From an uncultured delta proteobacterium (GTDB lineage Bacteria; Myxococcota_A; Polyangia; Polyangiales; Polyangiaceae), in NCBI GenBank assembly GCA_963696385.1, contig CAVOKF010000004.1, forward strand, positions 96,001 to 160,000: DNA of 64,000 bases, given 5' to 3'. This document shows, in pieces, positions 8,684-21,149 of the stretch (within the stretch, counting starts at the first letter, position 1; the number at the start of each line of letters is the position of its first letter). The translations under genes were made by a program, and so were the position numbers. Under the pieces are notes generated by a model. The model searched no databases. It saw nothing but the letters and a program-made list of their open reading frames with translations, and was not told the DNA's origin.

Positions 8684-10387
8684 TCACTGCTTGACGATCT
8701 TCAGCACGGTGCCATCTGTGTAGTTCTTGGTGGCCGTTCCTTGGCTGATCCAGTATACGCTTGTGGCATCCAGGGCAATTTCCCAGGGACTGTTCTGGGC
8801 CGAGGCGAGGGGAGTCGTTGCCCCACCGGTGAGGGGCATCTTCATGATCGCCCCGTCCATGTAGCCGTCGTTGAACGTTCCCTGATTGGTCCAATATAGG
8901 CTCGTCGCATCCACGGCGATGAATTGAGGCGCGTTTTGACTCGACGCGAGCACGATCGGGGTACCGCCTCCGATTGGCACGCTCATCACTGTGCCGTCGG
9001 TGAAATTGTTGCCCATTGTCCCCTCGTCCACCCAGTACACGTTGGTTGTATCGACGACGATCCCACCGGGGGCATTCTGCATCTGGGCAAGCGTCTTGGG
9101 TAGACCGCCACTCAGCGGGACACTCATCACGGTGCCAGTGAGTGGTGAGCCCGCAGCGAAGTTGGTCCAGTAGACGCTTGTGGCATCCACGGCAATCAAG
9201 CTGGCTCCGTTTTGGTCCGTGGCGAGAATTGTCGGTTTACCGCCACCAAGAGGTACTTTCATGACCGTGCTGTCATCCGCCCAGTAGACGCTTGTCCCAT
9301 CCACGGCGATGCCGGTCGGCAAATCCTGCCCGGACGCGAGTGTCGTAGCCGTGCCGCCCGCAAGGGGAACCTGCATCACAGTACCGGCGGCGACCTGGGT
9401 CGTCCAGTAGACGCTTGTGAGATTGACAGCTACGCCATAGGGGGCGCTCTGCCCGGACGAGAGAGTAACAGTCGAGCCTCCACCGCGCGGCACTTTCATA
9501 ACCGTACCGTCAATGGGGGTGCCACCGTCCGCAAACGTGCCGTTGTTCGTCCAGTAGACGCTCGTGGCGTCAACCGCGATGGCGACCGGATCGTTCTGTC
9601 CGGACGCAAGCGTCACGGGCTGGCACACTCGAGCCAGGCATACTCCACCGAGACAGCTGTGTCCGCAGGCGCCGCAGTTGAGCGTGTCGATCGCCTCGTT
9701 CACGCACGAGCCACTGCATAGGGTGGGGGCGGCGGATGAGCAGCCAGACACGCAGGCGAACGTTGTCCCCGCGTCGACTGCCACGCAAAAAGGGGCCGCC
9801 GCCGAACAGCTCGTACCGCACGCGCCGCAAGTGGTGGGTGCCGAGAGGTCGGTCGCGCAACCCGTGCCAGCGTCCGCGCAGTCGGCATAATCGGTAGCGC
9901 ACGTGTACGAGCATTTCCCTGCGATGCATTGCAGGTCCGCAGAGCTGACGTGCGCGAGTTGCGTGCAGTCGTTGTTGCACGACCCGCAGCTCTGTAGGGC
10001 GTCAGCCGGCAGGCAACCACCGTCACAGGCGACGGCACCCGGTGCGCAGGAGACGCTCGCTTCGCCTGTCCCGTCTACGACTGCGTCACCCGGTGTCCCG
10101 TCTGCGACTGCGTCACCCGGTGTCCCGTTTACGACTGCGCCATCCGCCGTGCCGGCTTCTAGACCGCCGTCCCTGGCGACAGTGGGATCGCCGATCCCGA
10201 GTAGCGCGCTGCAACCCGCGCTAAAGGCGCCCAATACCCATGCAGCGAGCGCGCCGGATAGCCCAAGTATCGCGGCGGATCTCCGCGTCACCAGACCCCA
10301 TATGGCGCGAAACCTGCCGTGCCGCGGTCGCCGCGCCTTGGGGCGCACGGCAGCAAGTGCGACGCTGAGGACCCGACCCGTTCGCAT
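8684..10387 (-). CDS. Tandem paralogue: Cys-rich beta-propeller lipoprotein
   Basis: Near-identical propeller to 7080-8663; FSAGC lipobox-like motif; ATG overlaps the upstream stop (TAATG). Confidence 0.85.
   Translation of the reverse strand: MRTGRVLSVALAAVRPKARRPRHGRFRAIWGLVTRRSAAILGLSGALAAWVLGAFSAGCSALLGIGDPTVARDGGLEAGTADGAVVNGTPGDAVADGTPGDAVVDGTGEASVSCAPGAVACDGGCLPADALQSCGSCNNDCTQLAHVSSADLQCIAGKCSYTCATDYADCADAGTGCATDLSAPTTCGACGTSCSAAAPFCVAVDAGTTFACVSGCSSAAPTLCSGSCVNEAIDTLNCGACGHSCLGGVCLARVCQPVTLASGQNDPVAIAVDATSVYWTNNGTFADGGTPIDGTVMKVPRGGGSTVTLSSGQSAPYGVAVNLTSVYWTTQVAAGTVMQVPLAGGTATTLASGQDLPTGIAVDGTSVYWADDSTVMKVPLGGGKPTILATDQNGASLIAVDATSVYWTNFAAGSPLTGTVMSVPLSGGLPKTLAQMQNAPGGIVVDTTNVYWVDEGTMGNNFTDGTVMSVPIGGGTPIVLASSQNAPQFIAVDATSLYWTNQGTFNDGYMDGAIMKMPLTGGATTPLASAQNSPWEIALDATSVYWISQGTATKNYTDGTVLKIVKQ
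10077..10143. repeat. 27-bp in-frame tandem repeat (about 2.5 copies, GTPGDAVxD linker)
   Basis: GACTGCGTCACCCGGTGTCCCGT occurs twice, followed by a partial third copy. Confidence 0.75.
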
Positions 10388-11300
10388 TACCACAGCCCAC
10401 GGAGCACGAATCCCGCCGTACCATGGTCGACCGCGGGCGCGGCTTGCACGGTACCGGGCGCGAACAACCAAAGGGAAATGCCGCTCGCTGCGAGCACGCC
10501 CCCCACGATGAAGAAAGCCGTCGAGAGATTCGCGACGCTTTTGGCGTTGCGTAGCACGCTAACCGCGGTCTCGCTGGGGCAGACGCTGTTCGAGTTGCAC
10601 CCAGCATCGCTCTTTTTGCCCGAGGCCACGACGCCGAGGGCCAAGCTGACTCCGACACCGACCGCGCCAACGCCCGCGGCCGCCATACCGGTCGTCTTCC
10701 AAGGGCTCGACGACTGCCCTTGAGCGGGGCTCGAGGCTGATGATGCCGCGGGCACTAAGGCAGCGGTGGCCCGCAATGGAGTGATCGGTACAGTCGGGAT
10801 AAGGGCCGCGGCGACGTGAGCACCGCGCTTCGCCAACGTCACGGCGATTCGCTTGTTCTTCTCCGCCTCCGCAACGAGGACGACCACCGTTTGCGCCTCA
10901 CGCTGCGCGCCGTCGGTCGGTTCGAACGTCACCGTGTGCGAGCCGGGGTTAACCTCGATCGACCTCCCGTCGAGCTGCTCGGCCAGAACCTTCTGGTCCA
11001 AGGTGAGCCTGACCCGGGCGAGTTCGTTACCAGCTTCGTCCGTCGCGATCGGCACGACCGTGGGCAAACTCGCTTGCACCTCATCGAGCCACGTCGTGCA
11101 ATCTTTGACGATGAAGTCCTTGCACGTCGGCTGGGCGCAGATGCGCAGCGCATCGCGTGCCTCCACCAGTTGCCGGTCGCCGCGAAGCGCTTGCCCCCGC
11201 ACATACGCGTCCACACACGCGTTCGCGTCCGGACCATCCGCCCTCGACGTATCCGCGAAGAGCGCAATCGCAGCGAGCGCGAGTGAGCCCAAGCATCGCT

Positions 11301-11304
<4 letters not shown>
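10387..11304 (-). CDS. Myxobacterial PEGA-like exported membrane protein
   Basis: Signal peptide, CVDAYVRGQ..C..C helical part, beta-sandwich (VNPGSHTVTF), C-terminal hydrophobic segments; ATGA overlap with the kinase. Confidence 0.75.
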
Positions 11305-12791
<1,487 letters not shown>

Positions 12792-13069
12792 GCCTTGGCT
12801 CCTTCCGAACGCCGAGGCAACGCCGCTACGGTTCGGCCGTCGAGCCCCGCCACACACATGTCATCCCTAGGGTCTACATATGTCAATAGACAAGGAGCTG
12901 CATCTCGCCGTGCCATACCGAGCACCCAACTAACGAAGCCACGGCGCTTGCGGGCCTGTAAAGTTGAACTGGTGCTTGATTTCAGCGCCACGGCGGACGG
13001 GATGGACGCCGACGGATGGGCGCCGATCGCTGTTATTGTGCCGCCCGGCAGTGGCGCCGTTCGAGCGCA

Positions 13070-13423
13070 TCATCGGCGGCCCATGGGGCAGGTGTCCATT
13101 CGACGCTCGGCAGCGCCCATCGCGGGCGCATCGGAACGCCCGGCTCGTTCATGGGACACCCGATCCGACGAGACGGGATCCAACCGTGTCACGACGTCTT
13201 GCCGTCCGCGCTCCGTGACGGTGACGTTGCGGTCTCCGTCGTAGGCCCGGCGGCGCGCGTTCGGATTGTTGTTCGAGTCGACCCGTTGGGGTGCCGCAGC
13301 CGGGAGCGGCGTTGCCATGTCGCCATCGGACGCGGCAAACTTGCCGCCCGGACCGCCGCTCGTCGCAATGCATCCACCCAGGCCCCAAGCCGCTAACGCT
13401 ACCCACGCCCACGCTGCTCGCAT
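13070..13423 (-). CDS. Small hypothetical lipoprotein
   Basis: GGAGG RBS, then MRAAWAWVALAAWGLGGC lipobox-like signal. Confidence 0.5.
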   Translation of the reverse strand: MRAAWAWVALAAWGLGGCIATSGGPGGKFAASDGDMATPLPAAAPQRVDSNNNPNARRRAYDGDRNVTVTERGRQDVVTRLDPVSSDRVSHERAGRSDAPAMGAAERRMDTCPMGRR

Positions 13424-13601
13424 GATGTTCCTCCCGGCGCTCGCGTGCGCCTCGGGGGACGACCATCGCAAGGCCGAGGCCACACCCGAGGCGCGCGCGG
13501 TATGCGTGAAACCCCGCAAAAGCAAGGCTGCCGGGGGGGGTGCAAGACGCGTGCACGCGCGTGCGGCGAGCGTGCGCGCACCGGGCTTGGGGCCGCCCGC
13601 T

Positions 13602-15065
13602 CTACTCGGACGGATCGCCGCCGATCCCATGCTTTTTCATCAAGCGATGCAGGGCGAAGCGATTCCGAAGGCCCAGAATGCGCGCCGCCTCTCTCTGGTT
13701 ACCCTTGGCAGCGAGAGCCGCTCGGATGTCGTCCGCCGACGGGTCGACCCGCGGCGGGCGAGGCTGCGCGACGGCGGATGGTTCGGGGGGTCCTGAAGAA
13801 GGCTGGCTGCGCGGCTCCTCGCTCGGCGGGGTGATCTCGGTGCGATGGGCTCCCGACATCGCCTTCCACAAGAGCGCTTCAAGCTGCCGAGTGTTGGCGG
13901 GCAACGGCTGGTGCAATACGTAATCGATAAACCCCGGCGCGAAGCGAGCATAGGGTCGGCCCGTCGAGTCCTTGGCGACGAAGCGGCTGGCGAGCTCCGG
14001 ACTCTGCTCGGCGGTCCGCAGAAGCAGATGCCGGGCGAGCAACGGAATATCCTCAGGTCGTGACGCCAGGGGTGTCAACGCGACCACGGACGCGAACCGC
14101 GCACGCAAGTCGTGCTTGAGAGCGGACGCGTCGCGGTTGGTCGCGCCGACCAGACGAAAGTTCGCCCGACGCGCCGTCGCTTCGCCCAGTCGCTGGTACT
14201 CGCCGCCGCTGTCGAGCACGCGAAGCAGATGCGCCTGCTGCTCGACGGGCAGATCGCCTATTTCGTCGAGAAACAGCGTTCCGCCGTCAGCCTGACCGAT
14301 GAGACCCGGCCGTTCGGGCTGACCAGCGTTCGGATAGTTTCGCGCGCTCCCAAAGAGCTCCGCATCGACAAGGCCGGCAGGCAGCGTGGCGGCGTTGCGC
14401 GCTACAAAGGATCTCGACGCGTGGCTCGACAGGGCGTGGATGGCACGCGCGGCGAGCTCTTTTCCCGTCCCGCTCTCGCCGACGAGAAGCGTATGCGTCA
14501 CCGATTTCGCAATGAATGCGAGCTGTTCGCGAAGATGCCACGTGGCTGGAGACTCGCCGAGGATTCCGTGAGCATCGGGCTCACCGAACTCGCCCCAGGA
14601 CCCGCTCGGAAAATACCGACCCTTCGGCATCAACGGGACTCGCCGCGTACAGAGCAGCAGGATCTGGCGGCTCAGGTAGATCGTGTCGCCGGGGCGAACG
14701 ACCGCTCGGTCGCACCGAATTCCGTTCACCCGAAGATCGCATCGGCCGACGCTCTCGACGGCCACACCGTCGTGGTGCGGTGTGAGCACGAGCTGGCGGC
14801 GCGACAGCCCAGCCCCCGCGAGCGCCGGACCGTATCCAAGCGCACCCGGTCGTTGGCGGCAAAAGCGCGTGCGCACCTCGTCGGTCTCGCCCTCCCCGCG
14901 ACCGAGAACCTGTGGCTTGCCCGCGGGTAGAAGCACCGCGATTTCACCGACTCGGGACGGTTCCTCCGCCGACCAGGCGAGAGCCAGCACGTTGGCAGGA
15001 CCGATGTCGCCGGACTGCCGGGAGAGAACCTCGCTCGAAACGGGGACAGTGGTGTTACCAGGCAT
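13602..15065 (-). CDS. Sigma54-interaction (bEBP-like) AAA+ regulator with FHA-like N terminus and Fis HTH
   Basis: GESGTGKE, AELFG, GGTLFLDEIG, ANTRQLE, C-terminal HTH; LGR..LSRRQ FHA-like region. Confidence 0.9.
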   Translation of the reverse strand: MPGNTTVPVSSEVLSRQSGDIGPANVLALAWSAEEPSRVGEIAVLLPAGKPQVLGRGEGETDEVRTRFCRQRPGALGYGPALAGAGLSRRQLVLTPHHDGVAVESVGRCDLRVNGIRCDRAVVRPGDTIYLSRQILLLCTRRVPLMPKGRYFPSGSWGEFGEPDAHGILGESPATWHLREQLAFIAKSVTHTLLVGESGTGKELAARAIHALSSHASRSFVARNAATLPAGLVDAELFGSARNYPNAGQPERPGLIGQADGGTLFLDEIGDLPVEQQAHLLRVLDSGGEYQRLGEATARRANFRLVGATNRDASALKHDLRARFASVVALTPLASRPEDIPLLARHLLLRTAEQSPELASRFVAKDSTGRPYARFAPGFIDYVLHQPLPANTRQLEALLWKAMSGAHRTEITPPSEEPRSQPSSGPPEPSAVAQPRPPRVDPSADDIRAALAAKGNQREAARILGLRNRFALHRLMKKHGIGGDPSE

Positions 15066-15290
15066 CGGACGCGGCAGTTTGCGCGAAGGGTCATCCCGTC
15101 GAGGGCTACCGGTCCATCGCCGGGCGCAGGACGTCCACCAGCCCAATCATAAATTGAGCTCGAGCGCCACTCGTCTTTGGTGCCCGTTGCGCCTTCCGCC
15201 GAGCGGGCCCCAGTGACCGCCGAAATCCATACCCCTCTCGAGGAGATCCGAGCCGGAATCCTCGTTGCCGCCTAACGCCATAGAAGATTG

Positions 15291-15864
15291 CTACCCCGTG
15301 CCGCAAGCCTGACGCTTACCTCGTCGGAACCACACGAAGGTTTGCCGGAGGAAGGATCGCAGTCGAACAAAAAGGTCGCTGGGAGGCTCGATGTGCGGTG
15401 CGATCAGGTCTCGGTACGGATCTCCGCCGGACACAACCAGGACGGCTTTCGAGCGCTTCGGCTTCGCTACGGCTTCGGCGGCCTTGCGCTCTGGCGGCGC
15501 AGGCATCGGCTTCGAACGCTCCTGCGCTTGGCGTGCCACCTCTGCGGGCACGTCGTCGGGCCACACCATTCCGCGGCCGTCCTCCCCGACCATCGCGAAG
15601 ATGCTCGACCAAGGCACGACGCAGAAGAACGGCATATGATTGAAGCTGAGCGTGCAGCGGATTGCTTCGTCGTCCAGACGCAGATCCGGAATGGGAACCG
15701 GCATGTTCAGGCCGATTTCGAAGAACGAGCTCTGGCTGCTTCTTGAACCAGGGCGGGACGACGTCCGCCTGCTGCCGAGGATCGAGATGAACGTAGACGC
15801 TCGACCGTTCGAGCAAGGCGAGGGCGACATCCTTCTTCGACGGTAAGGTTTGCGTCGGAGACAT
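15291..15864 (-). pseudogene. sspB: SspB-like ClpXP adaptor, single frameshift near 15722
   Basis: VYVHLDPR..VVPPWFKKQPELVL continues in another frame as EIGLNMPVPIPDL..CTLSFN..CVVPWSSIFA. Confidence 0.75.
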
Positions 15865-15999
15865 CGAGTCGGCAGCGTTAGCTCAGCACACCCGACTGCG
15901 CAAAGGGCTCTTCGATAGCAATGGGAGATCGATGCGCTCGGGAAAAGATGATGTCCACGCGGCGGCACGAGGTTGCCCGCAGACCTGACCTCTAGTCGC

Positions 16000-16370
16000 C
16001 GACGGGTACGTCAACGCCGCCGCCTGCAACTCAGGCACGGCGGACGGGCGAGTCTTCTTCGCCAAGCAAAACGCGGATGGCTCGCTCGGCGCATGGAGCG
16101 AGACGGCCGGTAGGGCCGAGCGACTTCATGCGATCCCTGCCGGGCCATGCCGACGCCAACGGCTTCGTCTACGTCGCTGGCGGCGCCATCAACGCTCCCT
16201 CCTGGAATGAGGACGTTTGGCTCGCCAAACCCGCTGCCGACGGAACCATCGCAAGCTGGACGCAGGCGACCCAGTCCATCCCGACGTGGATAGGCTCGGC
16301 GCCCGTGATGACTACGTGCGACGGCGCGCTGTACGTCGCTGCGGGCTTCAACGCTTTCACGGCGCCCCGT
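16000..16370 (+). pseudogene. Fragment of a Kelch-like propeller protein
   Basis: FVYVAGG..VWLAKPAADGTIASWT and LYVAAG repeats; no clear start or end. Confidence 0.45.
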
Positions 16371-16736
16371 ATGGCCCTCCGTCGCCGGTCGACGGGCTCA
16401 AGAATGCAGTAGTGGGATTCCCCACCGACGGAGCCCCTCAGCTCGTAGACGAGCGCGATGTCCCCTGTGGGGGCCACGGCGGCGCTGTAAATCAGGATCT
16501 GAGCGGCAAGCGTGTCATTGGGCAGACCGTTGAGAGTGGGCGGAAGGAAGAGCGGCTCCGACGGGCCCATGCTCACGCCTGTCTTTGGATCGAAGGCCTG
16601 CACATAGGAGCTCGGCATGTCGCGGTCTGCGCCGCGGATGCCTTATCGATCTCGGCGCGCAGCCCACGCATCCAGGTTGGCCGGCCGAAGTCCTTCGCCC
16701 GCCCACCGGATCCCGCGAGAACATCCGTCTCGGGCC

Positions 16737-17759
16737 TCACAACTGCGCGAGCAAGAAGACTCTGCGAACGAGATCCGTCCGAGACCTGGCACCGGACCGT
16801 CGAAAGAGCTCGGTAACGTGCGTCTCTACGGTCACCTCAGCACACGAGGATCGTTGGGCCACTTCCTTGTTCGTGGCACCACTGATCAGGAGCTCCAGTA
16901 TACCCGTCTGGCGAGCCGTCAAACCCCACTTGTGCTGCGCGCGCGCGGCATAACCCGATGCGGTCGGCTTCCGCTCCTTGGCGATTGCAAGGATATAGTC
17001 GGGCCATCCAGGCGCAATCAACTGGGTGACCGTGAATGCGCCCGTTTCCGGTCGCCGTTCGCTCTGACGAATCGAGGCGAGTACGCCTCGCGCGTCACGC
17101 TCGAGCAGAGCATGCCCACCGCGGTTCGCGACTTCAATGCGCTGCTTCGGACCCACGACGAACGCGGGACTCGGTAGTGCTTCGAGCGCGGCCTCCACGG
17201 CTGCGGGGCTCTGCCATGATGGGCGGAGCTGCCGTTCGAGCCGGAGGCGCCGGTGGACGGGCTTGGCCAAGTGCTGCAATATGGCCGCCTCTCGCGAGGC
17301 AAACGGTTGCGACCGAGTGGCTCCGAGCCAACACGTCACGCGCGGGCCTTCGCACAGCAGAACTCGCATTTGGTGGTGACCCGGAAGGCCGACTGCGCTG
17401 TACAGCGGCTCGTGCAACCTGGCGAGCAGGCTGCGCGGCATGTCCTCGGAGGCGATGACCCGGTTGCGCTGCGTGACGTCCACTCGGTACGGATTAAACG
17501 CGAGAAATTGATTCGAAGCGGGCAGCCGCTCCACCCATCGTCGGAACGCTTCGACTTGCACCGAAGCCGTCGGGCCTGCGCCGTCCATAAAGTCGAGCCC
17601 CCAACCGTGCTCAGTCGCGACCGGCTGATACGCGCCGACGAACGAGGCGTCCAAGAGGTCGCACAACGCCGGCAAGAGCCACGTCGTCGCGCGTGACGCC
17701 TGCGGTGTCCACGCCGTGAGAGCGCGCTCGAGGTTCTTCACCTGGGACGAAGGGCGCAC
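16737..17759 (-). CDS. LuxR-family transcriptional regulator
   Basis: C-terminal GLTARQTGILELLISGATNKEVA..TVETHV HTH; PAS-like middle region. Confidence 0.88.
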   Translation of the reverse strand: MRPSSQVKNLERALTAWTPQASRATTWLLPALCDLLDASFVGAYQPVATEHGWGLDFMDGAGPTASVQVEAFRRWVERLPASNQFLAFNPYRVDVTQRNRVIASEDMPRSLLARLHEPLYSAVGLPGHHQMRVLLCEGPRVTCWLGATRSQPFASREAAILQHLAKPVHRRLRLERQLRPSWQSPAAVEAALEALPSPAFVVGPKQRIEVANRGGHALLERDARGVLASIRQSERRPETGAFTVTQLIAPGWPDYILAIAKERKPTASGYAARAQHKWGLTARQTGILELLISGATNKEVAQRSSCAEVTVETHVTELFRRSGARSRTDLVRRVFLLAQL

Positions 17760-17765
17760 CGTGCC

Positions 17766-18548
17766 TTACCCTTTTGCGAGAAATTCGACGAGGACACGAA
17801 TAGTGTGCTCGGGCGCCTCGACGAGAAGCGCATGCCCGGCTCCCTGGATCGGCAGAAAGACGCCTCGTGAGCATGATGCCGCGACGGCCTCCGACGACTG
17901 TGGAGGGACGGCCTTGTCCGCCATTCCCGCGATTACTAGCAAAGGACACGCGAGTTCGGCAACCCGGCATCGAAGGTCGGGCGCGGCGGCCAACGCCACG
18001 AGTTCGTCGCACACGACCGAAAGAGAGACGGTGTCCAGCCATGCAAGAATACGCGATGCGGCGGCTGGATCGCGCTCGGCGATTCCGGGGCTTGCCATGC
18101 GATCGAGCCAAGTTGGCCGCGGATCGAACGCTCCGGCCTGCACGGCGGTGGCCATTTCGCGGTAGGACCGCGCAGCGGGTGCGTCGAACCCGATGACGGG
18201 CGCGATCAACGCGAGCCGGTGCACAGCCACCCGAGCTCGAAGCGCCATCGCTACCGCCTTGTACGCGCCACCGGAGAAGCCGACGACAGCTATCTCAGAA
18301 AGCCCTGAACGCGTGAGCTGATCTTCGAGGCGAGCTATCACGCCGTAAAGCGAGCGGGGGTCCGCGTTCGCGTCCGGGGGCGTGTTTCCGTACCCGGGAA
18401 GATGAGGGACGAGCACGCGATGGCGGGGCGCCAGTGCATCGACGAGCGGCTGGAAATCACCGGGAAGGCTGGGAGTCCCGTGCAACAGCACGACGGCTGG
18501 CCCGACGCCGCATTCTTCGATGAAAAGCTCTCCTTCTTCGGCGGCCAT
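17766..18548 (-). CDS. Alpha/beta fold hydrolase
   Basis: VVLLHG, LPGYG, GFSGG nucleophile elbow, AGMAD, AGH. Confidence 0.88.
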   Translation of the reverse strand: MAAEEGELFIEECGVGPAVVLLHGTPSLPGDFQPLVDALAPRHRVLVPHLPGYGNTPPDANADPRSLYGVIARLEDQLTRSGLSEIAVVGFSGGAYKAVAMALRARVAVHRLALIAPVIGFDAPAARSYREMATAVQAGAFDPRPTWLDRMASPGIAERDPAAASRILAWLDTVSLSVVCDELVALAAAPDLRCRVAELACPLLVIAGMADKAVPPQSSEAVAASCSRGVFLPIQGAGHALLVEAPEHTIRVLVEFLAKG

Positions 18549-18900
18549 GCGCGCGCTGACACCCCCAGGGCTATCCATAATACCGGCGCGAGTTTCCCCG
18601 GGATAGAAGTTTCGCAGCCCATGATGAGCCCCGACGCACGACCGCGACATCTTGGTACGGCCGGAGAATGTCTGCCTTCGACCGGTGCTGCGATCGCCGG
18701 CATATTCGTGGAGATCGGCGCATCGACCCGTCCCAGAAGTTTGACGTCGTGTCTCGGTGCGTCGCCGGAGAAGCGATCGCGGTGGGCCTTCAGGACAGCA
18801 GGCTGACGCTCGCGGTTGTCGTGCATCGCCCGCGTCTTCACCCGCGAGGCATAACCCCGAAGTCTCGGCGCTCTTGGCGGAGAAGCGCTGCGCGGACGCC

Positions 18901-19497
18901 TTACTCCTGCTCCTTGAAGACATCCGCGTAGCTCTTGCCATACGGGTGGAAGCGAGCTTTCTCGCCGCGGGCCCAGGCCTCGCGAACCTGAGGGTCCGAT
19001 AGGTCCCAATCGGGCCGGCACTTACGGGTCACGGAGCGAAGGTCCTGCCGCAGCTCCTCGACGGTGGGCCGCCCGAAGAACCAGTACCCCATGTATAGTT
19101 TGTGCACGACCAGCCCGGGTTCGAGCACGATCGTGTGAGGCACCATCGGGTTGTGGGCGGGGTCGGTGTACTCGGCGATATCGAGATCCTTCTGCACCTT
19201 TCTGCTGGGGTCCGAGAGGAACGGCCAGTGCGCACCCGCGGCCGTGCGAAACTCGTTGGTCTCGATCAAGTTGTCCGTGCTGATCGTGACCAGGCGGCAG
19301 TAGCCGACCTCCATCTCGTGAAAAAGCCGGACGAGCCCCTCGTGCTGGCGGCGATCCTTCGGACAGAACCCGCCGCGGCTCAAAACGACGATCAGGGGGT
19401 TCGCCTTTTGAAGCTCGGAGAGCTTTCGATGCGCACCGGTCTGATCGGGAAGCTCGTAGTCGGGGAACGTTGCGCCCACGTGGATGTCTTTTCGCAT
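18901..19497 (-). CDS. Redoxin (AhpC/TSA-like) domain protein
   Basis: GATFPDYELPDQTG, RGGFCPKD, ISTD, FLSDP. Confidence 0.85.
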   Translation of the reverse strand: MRKDIHVGATFPDYELPDQTGAHRKLSELQKANPLIVVLSRGGFCPKDRRQHEGLVRLFHEMEVGYCRLVTISTDNLIETNEFRTAAGAHWPFLSDPSRKVQKDLDIAEYTDPAHNPMVPHTIVLEPGLVVHKLYMGYWFFGRPTVEELRQDLRSVTRKCRPDWDLSDPQVREAWARGEKARFHPYGKSYADVFKEQE

Positions 19498-19862
19498 GCG
19501 CAGGATCGTGCCCTCTTGCGGGACGAGCGCAAGACAGCCAGCAACTCGAAACGTCGTTTCCACGTTCCACGCTTGACCCGCCCACGCGCCAGTGGCCTTT
19601 CGCCGGGGCGTCGTTGGCAGAAGTTCGCCGCGAAGCGCGCCAGCAAGGGCGTTCGCGCCAGGCCCGTGAAGGCCGTCCAAGACGCGGTTGTCTGATCCGA
19701 GCCGGAGCGCGGGTCCCCGTCAGGCTGGCTGATGGAGATGGCGCTGTGGATCACGGCTTGAGTCTCCGGGTGCCCTACCGGCCAGGTGGCTCGCGCGACC
19801 TACCGGGAGGGCCCCGCCCATCGCGCTTCTCGAAGGGCGCCGTAGGTACAGAGGGCACATCG

Positions 19863-21149
19863 TCACGGCGTCCTCGCGCACCGGAACCCGTCGAAGGTGA
19901 TGCGGTACGTCGGAGCTTCGCCGAAGCGGAGCGGGGAAAGCAAGTACGGCTTTCTGCTCGTCCAATTGCTGCCCCGGAGCACCCGGTAGGAAGCTGATGT
20001 GAGATAGGCGCAATTTGTGCACGGATCGACGTAGGTCGCGACCCAATCCAGGTTCCACTCCCAGACCTCTCCCTCCATATCGAGCTGACCCCAGTAAGCT
20101 GCTCCCAGCGTCGCCGTCCCCACCGGCGCGACGTTGACGACGCCTGTCGTCGGGTTGACGGTATAATAGTAATTGAGGTAAATTGCGTACTGGTTCGCTG
20201 TCGTCGGATCCGTAGAGCCCCACGGGTATTCCCGCTCTTGGCTTCCTCCCGCTGCTACGTATGCCCATTCGGCCTCGCTCGGCAAAAACCCGCCGTCCCA
20301 AATACAAAACGCGTACGACTCGTACCAGTCCACGCAGGTGATCGGCAGATTCTCGTTGCCACTCGCCGTGACCGTCCACGTGTTCCCGCCGCACGCCAGG
20401 TTGGTGTTCCACGTGCTCGCCGCGCTGGGCCCCGTTGCAATGTATGCGTTCCAGTCCGTCGCGTTCCAGCCCGTCTCGTACGATATGCCCGCGTCGTTGC
20501 CACTGTTGACGAGTCCCAGACCCCCATTCAAGTGCGTATGAATACCGCTGCCGTTCGGCGGCGGCGCGCCCCCGCTGCCCGTCACGTAGTTCACGTATTG
20601 CCGAAAACGACCCACCGTCACCAAATACTTGTCCATCCGAAAACTGCTGACCGTTGCCGGATCGGCCAACCCGGTCGCTCCGCCATCCGGTGGCGGTTCC
20701 GGCAACCCGGCGTCGTCGAGATCGTACGTCCGATCGTACGTACCACCGATGACCTCCAAGCTCGTGCAGCAGCTCTCGGTCCCGCTTCCTCCCGCTCCGC
20801 AGTTGGTCATTCCCGGCCCGCCGGGCTCGCAACTGGACGGCGCGGTCGTTGAGCCGGAGGAACTGCTCGTCGAAATCGATAAACCCGAACTGCTGCCCGA
20901 ACTGGAAGCGCTCGAGCTGGCGCCATTAACGCTTGAACCGCTCGTGGCGGAGGAACTGCTTGAACCCGCCGCACTGACGCCTGAGCTCATTGTCGCGCTG
21001 GTAGCGGCCACGCTCTGCCCGGATGCGGCGCCGTCCACCCCGGTTACAAGCGTTTCATCAAGCAGACCGGTTCTGGAGCCGCACCCCGCCAGAACCGAGA
21101 CTGCGGCCGTCATCGCCCGCATCCGCGTTTGGAATCCGGCCGCCTTCAT
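19863..21149 (-). CDS. FGE-sulfatase (SUMF1) domain lipoprotein
   Basis: LAGC lipobox, Ser-rich linker, MDKYLVTVGRF, LPSEAEW, YPWG, GEVWEW, GFRCAR. Confidence 0.88.
   Translation of the reverse strand: MKAAGFQTRMRAMTAAVSVLAGCGSRTGLLDETLVTGVDGAASGQSVAATSATMSSGVSAAGSSSSSATSGSSVNGASSSASSSGSSSGLSISTSSSSGSTTAPSSCEPGGPGMTNCGAGGSGTESCCTSLEVIGGTYDRTYDLDDAGLPEPPPDGGATGLADPATVSSFRMDKYLVTVGRFRQYVNYVTGSGGAPPPNGSGIHTHLNGGLGLVNSGNDAGISYETGWNATDWNAYIATGPSAASTWNTNLACGGNTWTVTASGNENLPITCVDWYESYAFCIWDGGFLPSEAEWAYVAAGGSQEREYPWGSTDPTTANQYAIYLNYYYTVNPTTGVVNVAPVGTATLGAAYWGQLDMEGEVWEWNLDWVATYVDPCTNCAYLTSASYRVLRGSNWTSRKPYLLSPLRFGEAPTYRITFDGFRCARTP

Noticed and set aside
7080..8894. 604-aa ORF with a long N-terminal extension
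   Set aside because: The extension overlaps the upstream paralogue out of frame; the likely start is 8663.
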